Source: Phoronis australis (taxonomy: Eukaryota; Animalia; Phoronida). Taken from it: 64,000 nucleotides of DNA. Shown piece by piece: positions 37,771 through 49,400 of the stretch (position 1 is the stretch's first letter; every line of letters begins with the position of its first letter). The notes under the pieces were generated by a model. That model made no database searches, was not told where the DNA came from, and worked only from the letters and a program-made list of their open reading frames with translations. A program made the translations under genes and the position numbers. The stretch is from the NCBI GenBank assembly GCA_002633005.1, contig NMRA01000101.1, forward strand, positions 1-64,000, written 5' to 3'.

Positions 37771-38804
37771 TGTGAAATATTTATTTGTAGAGCTGTGACC
37801 CAGAAATTCCCAATGCAACTTATATATATATTATTCTTGTTGTTTTATTTGTCCCCAATAAGTCGATTATGCGGCGAGACGTGAAAGTCACAAGGATTTT
37901 GGTTCATTATTCGGTGAAAACTTGTTTTTGGTCAATGTAACCAAGCTATACACCCCTTAGCCACGTTCACTATTTCAACATTCACGCACAATGTCATCTG
38001 AATTTGCATTGCGTAATTAATTTAATTATCACAAAATGTTTTATCAGCCAAGTCAATTCACAATGCATCGAATCCAACTAGGCTATGTGGATAACTTCAC
38101 TTTTTGTACAGGGATAGGTATCCTAACAAAAATCGAAATGCCACATTTTGTGCACTCAATGACCCCTAATTTCGCCGCTGGAGCACTAGATCGCAATTGG
38201 TCATATTAGCCATCTCCAAAATTGTATGTTTTCAGCAACGAAAATAAGTAACTTACAAAATAGATTGAAAGTTTGTACTTTGGTGGCTGGAATAACCGAT
38301 GTATACCGTAAATAATTACTTGGCATTTACTCAAATTGGACGGCTTTGTGCTAGACAGGGGAGATAATCCACAGACCACTTTTCCTAGCTAATTTTAGTG
38401 GTCGTTTTGGTGACCCTCTTACTGCCATATTGCATCTTGTAGCTTTATGTAACTTTTTGAACATAGGCCTACAGCTAAGGAGTAAATCTTAATGACTGAC
38501 CAAAATAATATCTTGACTCAACTTTGTATTTAGTGAAAATTGACTTGGACAAGTGTTGAGTTTGGAAATGATGAGCACAGCTTACTGACAAATTGAACGA
38601 AATTTACACGTTTCAAGAGGCCCCCTATTGGTGGTTGAGGCAACTGAGAACAGGCCAATATAACGAAGTGCAGTTCGTGTAATGTTTCGTAAGCAAAAAC
38701 TGCGGGAGAGGCAAGATTTTTTATTTTAGATTATGAGGAGGTTAGGAATGACTAAACAAATTATCATAAGGTCAGATCTTGAAAAGTTGCAATATGGCTG
38801 CTAC

Positions 38805-39103
38805 TAATGGCGGATTTAGGGGGGCAAGGGGGCCATGACCCCCTAAAATTCTACCAGATACCATTTGGAAGTTCGGGTGCGCGCAAGCAGGGGCTCGTCG
38901 AGGGTGAATAAACAATGCATAGGCCCTGAAGAAACTGAATAAACCTCGTTTACGTTTTTTTTTAGTCAACAGGTCCGCAACCCCAAACATTCGAGGCCTC
39001 TGCGTCCCCACATTTTAGGCTGGGCGCGCGCATCTGTCGAAATTCTGGTTATTCCCGTGCCCTGCCCCACCCCCTCTAACTCAAAATACCGGATCCGCCC
39101 CTG
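38805..39103. mobile_element. CAG-ended MITE with 5-bp TSD GCTAC (hAT5-like)
   Basis: TAATGGCGGATTTAGG...CCGGATCCGCCCCTG, flanked by GCTAC (38800-38804, 39104-39108). Confidence 0.7.
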
Positions 39104-39529
39104 GCTACAGAGTGCCAAAGTTGGCCGAAAATGGCGTCAGTGAAAACCTGCAAAATAGCCGTTTTTGCCACGCAAAATCAAAACATACAAAATTGAAAAT
39201 GAATTTTGAAAGTTATGCCATTAAATTATTCAATCATGGTTCTTTAAAACTATATCACTCATTTGTTATCAGCTAGCTATACTTGTTAGTAAAATGCATT
39301 CAAATATATTTACTTCGGCGCCCACTTTTGTTGCAAAATGGAGGTACATGTCATAAAAAGAGAAATAATGGATGAAAATTCTTAAAACTCGAAATTTTTC
39401 TACATCTCACGAAACCAAACTCATGTGTTAAGTCTCAAAAAATCTGTGATTTTGGGTATAGACTCTACCTGTTGGTTTTTATATGGAGTCACTCTTAAGT
39501 GGGTCAAGCTGGTGTATCGTGGTCCACTT

Positions 39530-41557
39530 TAAAGTAGGTTAACAGTTCATTGTTAGACACACCACGCGCTGGGAGACTGATATGAAAACCAAGTACGAAA
39601 TGGATGCAGAAATCATGTCGGTGGTTAAAGCACAGTCGTGAGCAAGAGGTCGAAAAAGCGAAATGTCAAATTACCAGAATTAAGGAATTTTCACAGCTTG
39701 CCGCTATGATCACGAATACAAAGTCACAGAGGCATGAGGCGACTAGTAGCGTTCGTTCAGTCGTATGGTATGCATGCAGACACACAACTCTCTCAGGATC
39801 AAAGCTACGTTTTGTCTTCGTTTACCCCGGCATCTTTCTCTCATATGTACACGTCGTCGTTGACGCAATATTATGACGACTCGGAGAACGAAAGGACTAA
39901 GCGTACATAGACCCTATTCACGCCGACAGGAGGCGCGTTCCAAAACGAGGCTCGCTACGATAGCTCTGGTGGGTTATCCACGTAGTTGTACTGAGTTCAA
40001 GCTAGGACCGGTAGCGGACGAGGGGGGGAAACACGTTCCGCAGATTTCGTAGAAGGTATAAATCCTCGGAGCCCGCAACTTCCGGGCCGCCTGCGTGCAT
40101 ACAATCGCGCTTTACCCGCTTCTCCGAGGATGTCGCCCCCCCCCTCACTAGGCCTATATGGTATCCTAGATAAGCCACTGAAAATGCTACTTGAGACAGA
40201 GCTATGAGAGCTTGCAAAAGGGCGGGGTGCTATTGATGGTGATCGGGAGGTCAGTAGAGTTTTCACTGACTCGTCACTCGGCGAAACGTTCCCCTCTCAG
40301 AAGGCCGCACGTGACATGAGGCACCTTTCCTCTCGGATATGAACTTGGTCTCTGAAGAAACATGATAACTGAGTTGGGGGGGGGGCAAGGCAGAGTATTA
40401 GCCAGGATTTTGCCCGTCAGAAATTCGCGCTCCTGAACTGCCGCAAAATGGAATCTGGGAGAATTTTAGGGGGGCTGGGGCATAGCCCCTTGGCTCCCCT
40501 CTAAATCCGCCACTGTGTTCTGTCCAGTTAACTAAAATTGAGCTCTAAAACGAGGTTATGCTTTTGACGAAAGAATTAGGTGTTTTAATTTTAAAATTCA
40601 ACTTGGTCGAGATTGATATTTGAAAAATATAACACGTGAGACGTAATTATCAAAACCAAGAAAGCAGAATTGATGGTCATATAATTTTTATTTTCAATTG
40701 CGAGCCTAGTTTTTTATCGTAATCAAAATATATATTTAATAACATCAAGTTTTATTTCAGATCAATGACAAATCAACTGTTAGTCCCGGTAGTGCCTACC
40801 TCACCAGGACCTAGGCTATGCTTTAAGCTAATAGGCTTACTCTTGATCAACAAATTAAACCAGATGAGACTAGTTGCACATGACAGCAAAATGCTATGAG
40901 CCACCACTGTCGAATATATCTTCAACTCGTCAACAATACGACCAGATGATCTGGTTCGTGTAGAAAGCATTTTTATCAAGAATTTATTAGAAGAAACGTA
41001 ACCCTGCATTCAGCATGATACCTAATCCGTAACACTACGATCGCCGCAATTTGGTCATGTTTACTTTTCATGTTTCGAACCTAGTTTTCTGGAAAAACCC
41101 TATATCCTTTCGTCAGACAACTCTTTGGTGCATTGACTGTATTTTTCTACGTCTGTGTGGTTAATTATTGACACATTTTTTAACATTTAATATTCAGGTT
41201 GGACTCCAAAGACCGGCCATTTAACTCACGAAATGTAAATTTCCGCTTTGTTTATCGCAGTGAGCCTCACTTTGGATTTTAATGTCCGTCGCGTGAATAG
41301 AGTCTATACGGAGCTGCTCCGTGCGTGGCGGGAGATTCGATTTTAGTGACAGTCTAGTAACCTTTGACCTTGGATAAGTAGTAAACAAATTTCCACGCGG
41401 TTTTGCGATTCCAATGTGGCTCCGCCAAATCTTTTTTCTCGCTACACGGTAAATATTTCGTATTTGAAATTCCCGAGAATAAAGATACGGTATTTTGCAA
41501 GACGTGAAATACTGTAAAATGGCCGATTTTTGTGAATAAAGTTTGAGATATCCTTAA
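39530..41557 (+). repeat. Dispersed repeat (sister copy 59337-59910) interrupted by a 1.4-kb TIR element
   Basis: 39530-39908 plus 41306-41557 align collinearly with 59337-59910. Both end GTTTGAGATATCCTTAA. Confidence 0.7.
39909..41305. mobile_element. TIR element with AT target duplication (ISL2EU/Harbinger-related, non-autonomous)
   Basis: TIRs AGACCCTATTCACGCCGAC / GTCGCGTGAATAGAGTCT. The empty site GTACATACG is visible at ~59715, implying a 2-bp AT TSD. Confidence 0.65.
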
Positions 41558-43317
41558 ACTACTTCACCATTTCAAAATCGGTAACATCTTGCTCCGTACT
41601 CAGACAAGAAATGATTTAGTTTTGAGAAAAAAAGGCGGCGAATTATGCTACAAAATGACGTTTATTTGATTGTTTTCCGCTTAAACGGTTGCAACAAACA
41701 AGGTGAGTATCGGGTGACCACCAGATTTTGCATGCACCTCCGCCGGTCCGTTAGCTTTACATGTTGATGTAGCCTAAGTTTTACGACGAAGTAACGAGCA
41801 TAAGTCAACTATACCCGGGCAGTCAACGGCTGTGTGAAATTTCGGGATTAATGGAGCTCAACCCACAGTGGTACGATAGTCTTCATACAGCTATAGTCAT
41901 TAACGAACCAACACTTCAAGTTTACAGAGCTGAGTCTTGGCCGGCAGCTGGCTGGCTAGAGTCTACATTGCCCACGCCACAATCACACCAGTGTAAATTG
42001 TTGATACGGACTGGTTGCACCGGCAAATTTTCGTCTGACGATGGCGACGACTAGGTATCACTTTGTGTTGCCTCGGTTCAAACAGGTATCCCTGGTGACC
42101 CCACATTTCGCACTAAAATTTTCTTATTCCAACAATATGAGGAACGCCACTTGACTGCACGCTAACACAGGACAATGACTTTGTCCCTACCAAATACGTC
42201 ACGAGAAGCAGCGCTCCAAGCGGGTAATTTTTTGAGCTTCGTTAGAGATTATAAATTTACTTTTTGATGTTGTATTATTTGTGAAATTAATCAACAACTC
42301 ATAGAAAACTATCCAAAATTTGTTCAGACTAAAACACAGTTCCCTTTTAAGATGAGCATGATTGGCGTCTATCATTGGACGGATCCGACAGCTGCTATTC
42401 CCCCTAGTGATAATTTCAGTTTTTTTCCTCAATCTCAATATCTACCAGAATTGCATTCACCAATTTTCGGTTGATTAGCACTGCACACCCAAGAGTCAGA
42501 TTTAACAAATGAGCAACCCTTACATATTTCTCCTTTGCCATACACACATGCAGTGGACGTATATCAACGCTCTGAATTACTCTTGTTTTTTATGAAAACT
42601 ATGCGAGCTTAATTTCGGAGTTATTTAAGGCTTTTAAAATGCCGGTGATGACACCCACGTTTTCACAGAGTCCGCATCGTTATTCACGCTGTCAGCTAGC
42701 CCTCGATACCAAATACAAGAATTTAAAATATGAAATGAAAGTTTTAATACCATATCACTACAATGACAAAGTACGACTAGCATTAACCACCCCAGCATCG
42801 GCTCACTAGTGAAGTAACTTGGTTTTCAGGGCTCACACTCTGACATCACTGATACCGCGTGAGGCGGTCTAGCGGTTCAGTGGAGGCGACAAGGCCAGCG
42901 GAGCGGACGGATCCGAGAAAGCTATTTCTTGGATAATTTGAAATATTCACGTACTGGTGGCATGAACTTTTTATCAACCAATCGATCGCTATTTTACGGT
43001 GGTGGGAAAGGACATCAAACTCCTTTTTTAATTATCTCGGGATCTGAAGATCCCAAGAAAATAAAAAAGGAACGCGCGGTTTCCTTTCCCAGCTACCGTA
43101 TTATTTCAAGAGAAATCTGTTGTTGGCACCCATTTAGCGCAATATGAAATTCGGCTTGTTAGTATTCTACCTAGTTTCTACAACGTTAGTGCGCACGCAG
43201 AAAGTGTTGGGGTTCTTTGGGAAATTTGCATAGCCGACCACCATGATCCCCCGTAGACTTAGAAACTGGAGTCACTTGGTCGGTAGTAAGGGTTAACGAA
43301 AATCCTGTTGGTGAACT

Positions 43318-43460
43318 TCACCATGTGGAGCAGTCTTTACAGTTGTCCATGATTTCTGGGCGATAGCGTTCCGTCTGCACGTGCGTGTCGTACATTTGAT
43401 ATTTGTGACGTAACAAACCCGTAGCGACGTTCTTCACTGATTCTTGTTCATGGTCGTTAT
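43318..43460 (-). CDS. SLC30A2: ZnT coding exon 6 (stop)
   Basis: DNDHEQESVKNVATGLLRHKYQMYDTHVQTERYRPEIMDNCKDCSTW*; ttacag acceptor. Confidence 0.9.
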
Positions 43461-46400
43461 CTGTAAAATGAATAAGTATTAGTTGGTATTGCTGAAAATT
43501 TTGAGGGATTTTAGCTTCGCTTATCGGAATTCTCGGTTTTTGTTAATGACATTTGATGAACTTATAAACGAGAAACTGTTTATCCAGGTTACCCGAACAA
43601 CGCGACTCAAGCACTTGTGGGCGTAGCTCCGTACTCACAAACACAGCGCCGCACTCTCAAAGCACGGCCTCAAACACGATTCCTGCACTCGTAAACACGG
43701 AACACCAACTTCTTGATGATTGTTGCAGGTGATTCTTGGTCGCGTGAGTCAGTGAGACGTGTTTGGGGAGGGTAAGCCGTGTTTTGTGAGTGCGAGGCCA
43801 AAGAGATAGAAATGAGCAAGGTAAACCACCGTATAAGCTGAGTAAAAATATCTATAAGGTGCCAAGTAGCATAGACAAGGCATTTCAGATAAATTCCTTG
43901 ACTTATGGTTTTGTCACAGGTAAGATACATATTACCTTTCTGAACTGGTTTGATGTTGGTCTCATTAAAAAAAACGGAAAATCCATTTATCAATTGCATT
44001 CCAGAATTTTTAATACAAGCGTATACAGGTAAGCGTATCCAGGTAAGCTTGTAGTTGGTGTACATGATTTCCCGCGAAGGACACTATTCAAAACTAGTTT
44101 CGCGAGAGAACACGTTTGAATTGAATTAAATGGATTGATTGAAATCACGTGTACTTTAAGTACAAATAAATCTTCTTTAAAAGAAACTTAAAAGAGGTAC
44201 CATGGGTAATTCATTAACGGTCACTAACGTGGATCACGATATATTTCACAATACATTATCTTACTGTAAGTCTTCCTTTTCAGAAAATTCTTCGTGGATA
44301 CCAGAAAAAATAAAAAGTGTTATTTTCGATAAATGAGAACTACGTGCAGATTTCATGGTCACAAGTGTCAGGTAAAAGCCCATCCACGGAGCTGGGATCA
44401 TCTGTGGTTTCATATAGAGTCGCTTGTAAAGCTATCTGTTTGTTCAATCAAGCCTGGCATAGCATCCATCAATTGAAGTTATGGGTTTTCGTATTTACTG
44501 CTTCATTCGGATCAAAAGTTTTTATAGAGAAACATTTGACGGAATTGAACGTTGCTTATTTATGTAAGCTCGTTCACTCACCCACGGCAAGATGTACAAC
44601 TACGGCGTTCTTTTCCATAGTCAAGGACCAGATATGAAGACTGTGCATTGATCGTACGCCGTTGATCGACTGGAGATCCTTCTTGATCAACATGAAATCA
44701 ACATTACGCGGAACTCCTAAACAGAAATAAAGACTACTTGACAGAAATCATGTTTACTGGTCCTGAACGTAGAGACCAGCATACATCTGAATATTTCTCT
44801 AATAATGGAAACGAACATAAACTGTCAGTAATACCATAATCACCCTTTCACTAAACTTTAAAAAACGTTTCAGTTGGAACGTTTCCTGTAGAACTTAAAA
44901 AGGCACGATATCTGTGTGCTTATACCAGATTATATGATTGTGAACGAGCGAGGCATATCAGGACGGAACGGTCTCATCGGGAAACGTCTAATTTCCACAC
45001 ATTGGAGCGTTCCCATTGACCATTTTACGGATAGCGTGATCAGTCAGATAAACAAAGGACTGCGGGATTGTGGACATCCAACTCAGCACAGCTAGTAGAC
45101 GTACATAACGTTCACTTGTTAAATATATTTCTGTGAGCATATGGACTCATCCTTCTCACCTCATCCCTTTTCCCCATTTGGATCTTTACTCATTTCTTTT
45201 TGTCTTGGTATTTCTTTGTCTCCGATAGCTTCGGTTTTTAAAACGTCCCTTCCACACCCCTTTCACTCATTGTTAAAACTAGTACGTACTTCCTCCAATT
45301 TACTTAAGTCAGCCTTTGCCACCGTAGGTCATAGTAGGATCAATCCGAAAGCAACTCCCTGCTTTCCGAGTAGACAGACAATCACGAATCTACGCTCGGG
45401 GATGCGGATGCCTCGATTTTCGCTATTCGTAAAAAGACCAATTGTCGATCTATATCTTCCAAAGTCATTTTCTAGAAACGTTACTACTGATCGAATGATT
45501 TAGGAGCATGGGAACTGAAAATTAACCCGCTGAAGCTATAACAAGCTCTCTGTTCCTTAGAAGCGGACGCAGTGCCCTCTTCCCCAAGTAGTTCTAGACA
45601 GTAGAGAATTAATTACCTTCCATAAGCACAACAAATGTGTCACGTAGAACGCTGAATGTCGTTATAAGGACGAGAACGGAAAAGAGGAACGTACACACGG
45701 GGTCGACGAGTGTCCAGTCGGGCTAAAAATGACAACGTGAGCTGGTTAACGATATGTTTTGTGTATATTCATTGCCACCAACCTTTAGAACGTACTGTAA
45801 ATGTGGACATCAAATGATTCTTCGTGGATACAGATTGATTGCAATTCAGATTGTTTAGATGCACGTATGTAACATGTGATTTATATCAATAGAGAATGCT
45901 ACCCTTTATAAAGGTGCTTTGGTAAATTAACGATATTTTACCTACTATCAATACCATCTTGGCCCTTTTTTATAAAAAAATTAATGAAAGCAGCAATTCT
46001 TTAAACAGGAAGTGTGACGTAGTGATGAATTTGCGAAAATTAACCGGTCTGTGTGACCTGAGCTATCTTGGTGAGGGCAATGTGCAGTGGCCGGAACAGT
46101 CCAATAACTACCACTTGCCATTTGATCAATATGTAAGGACTGGTACAACTTATGTCCGGGTGAGGAATCTGGACAACCGGGTTGGAGTTTTGTCACCGTG
46201 TATGGAATATTTTCGGTGGACGTGAGGAGTTTTAGGGGCGCGGGTCTGGGGCATATGTATCGCAGGTTTTATGCCTAGTGGACCAAGATTTCAGGTCGGA
46301 ATTGGGTTTAGGGTATCACAGCATTTACAGGCATGGACATAGAATCGATTTCCACCCCTGTGTAGGTAGCGCTGCCTCTCTTTTCTTATAACTACACAAT

Positions 46401-49400
46401 GTATAGGAGAGACTGGCAACTGATGCATGGCGCCTCGAACGCAGGAAGAACAAGACGAAGCACAGGTTCACATAAATTCAGTTTCAAACATAAAATGGTT
46501 TATATTATTAATACAATTACGCTTTCTGCATGAACTGTTGGCTTTCCATAGGCTTAACGGAATAGTAACCCGAAGTTGTGCGCATGTCAAACACATATCG
46601 GTAAACCAAATGACGCCCTCACCTGCTGGTGCATGTGAACTGCATAATATGGGACCTGTATTGTGAACTTGTAAAGAGTATGACAAGTAATAAATCATAT
46701 TTGGTTTTGAAATGGAGGGAAATGATCGGAAGCAACTCTGTATAATGGTGTAAGAGTTGCGGCAAGTGATAGCTGTATGTGCCCAGTGCACATCCACACT
46801 CCGCCTCGTCGTCCACAGTTGCGTAATACCAAACTTCATTGAGAGACGATCTCTGAAGCTACTGTTTTCTAAACTTTACTGGGGATCAACATCTTACAGT
46901 CGCATAAAACATTTAGCATGACTGGAAAATGTTGTAATTTGAAGCATTCCATTCATTGAATCGCAAAATTTGCTCTGACTTCTAATATGTGAACAACGAA
47001 GCAACACATTCACCCTTGCAGAAAAAGTGTTTGGTTATTCTTGGAAGTGTAAAGGACCACCGGGAGGAGTTCGAAGGACCACGAAGATGATTGTCATCTG
47101 AGTAGAGGCTCTCTAATTGCCTTGCCTATAGCACGAGCAAACCGCAGAAAAGGGTTTCTTGGACCGGCGTGAAGAATATAAAGGGCGTCAGGACTATGAA
47201 ATGGTTTTATCTGGGATTTGAGCTCTGAAGAACTGACAAAAAATTGATCAATTATGAATTAGAAGTTCATTTGGTAGCGCTGTGAAACATTGATCCTGCC
47301 ACTATAGGCCCAATTGCATGCACTGAAGTAGTGAGCTACTCATCCCACAACCACACTCATGCTGGTGATCCGGGAAAATAACATTTGCACTGTATTAATT
47401 ATGTCTCCGACCCATTTTTCAATGATATCAGGATGCGGTGGCTGACAAATTAAATGACATGAAACATGGATTACTATTAAAATTGTGTACAAGAAAAACG
47501 TGATGTATCCCGTGGTAAAGCTTAATGTTCATGAAAAGAATGTCTTTATAATGTTTAAGACTTCCACCAATATTAAATAATACTTCTAAACAAAAAATTG
47601 AGATCTTCGTACGATCTCGATCAAGGTGGTCTGGCTAACTGGCGAGAGATGAGATGCAACAGGCCTGTGTTGGAGGTGCTGTTCAATGAAGGCACAATAA
47701 CATGAAAGAAACAAACGGGCTGTACATGAACTGATATGGAACAGAACTTGCGCAATTGTAAACATGAAGCTCATGAAATACTGAAACAGGAGCAACGCGG
47801 AGCGTTGAAATGCGCCCACGAATAAACCGCAAATGGTGTGCTTCTAGGGGTGTTTGTTAGTAAAAATGGCCATTAGATGGCTCAGAATACACTGAACCTA
47901 TCCAAAAATGGAAAGGTGTCGTCGTCTCTCAAAAATATATGCCGAATTTTTATGAAAATCAGTCAAAAAAATCCAAAGATACAAAGGCAATCGTAAAAAA
48001 CAAACAGCCATTTGGAACCACAGCAGTAGTCGAATCCATCCTTCTGCTCAATAGGAATACAATTGCAAAATTTCAAAAACATCTTGCAAGGGTCTGGCAG
48101 ATATAGCCGTAGATGTGAAAATGTCACTAGGGGGCGCCACAGTAGTTGAATCCATTTGATAATCCACACCAGTCAATAGGAACACGTTTTCCAATTTTCA
48201 TAATGATCCTTCGTGCGGTTTGGCGAATAGGAAGGTGGACGTCAAAGACACTTAAAAAAAATTAAATTGTCACCAGGTGGCACAGAATACATCAAATCCA
48301 TACGAAAACGAGAAGGCGTATCGTCTTTTTAATAGAAACCTACTTACTAAATTTCGTGTCAAGCAACTCGTAAGATACAGAGGTAAACGCACAAAATAAA
48401 ATTCCCACTTGGGGGCACATCTGTAGTGATCTGGAACTCGCCGTCATCCGTTATCATTTCCATAGGAACATACCTGCCAAATTTCACACAAAGATCCTCC
48501 AAAGAGTTAAGGAGAAACAGCGATGGTCGCAAGGTGCAAAAATTGCCACTGTGGGTTGCCACACTGGCAGATAGAGAGGTGGACGTTTATTTTTTAATTG
48601 CCACCAGGCCGGGGTGCAGAATACGCCAAATCCGTCCGAAAGCGAGAAGGCGTCCTCGTCTCTTAATAAAAACCTATTTGCCAAATTTCATGAAAATCTA
48701 CTGTGGAACTCAAAAGATACAGAGGCAGACGTAAAAAATAGAATTGCCACTAGGGGTCAGAGCGGTAGTCAAATCGGTCCGAAGCTCATCGTCGTCTGTC
48801 GTCAGCTTCATAGGAACACATCTGCTAAATCTCATTATGATGCCGCAAGGTATTTAGGACGCCCAGTCAAAGATGACGGCAATATGCATCCACATATAAA
48901 TATGTGACCGCGTATAAACCCCTGCTTGCAGCAGCGATCTTGCACCATGAAAACGCCTTGTATGTGACCTGGAAGAACTGGATTCCAAATTCCAGTTAAA
49001 TAAAGATATTTTGAAACAAATCGTAAAATAACACGTGTGAAGAACCGCAGCGCTGAAGGTGCTTTTTCTAAATTGAGAAAATCATTGAAACAAAATAATT
49101 ACACACTGCCCAATAGAAAGTTTCTAGAGCGTGTACAATCCGGAAATCCGTTTCTGGGAGTAGATTGGTAAATGAGGTGAAATTTGACATACCACTGGTT
49201 TTCTCAAACTGCAACCCGCACAATAAAAGCCTATTCATGAGCATTAGAGGACCGTACCGTAGCATATATGGAAGGCAGTCCTGGCATAAAGGGCTCTCTT
49301 TATGTTTTCGGTAGCAACTGGAAAAAAACTTATTGTATCTCTGTTACAGGCGAAGGCAACCTTTTTTCATGTCATTTTGAGCTAAAATAAGGTTGGTTGG

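Noticed and set aside
40761-41080. Possible last exon of the SLC5A3-like gene after a tttcag acceptor
   Set aside because: Lies inside the 39909-41305 TIR element and similarity is limited to a few residues.
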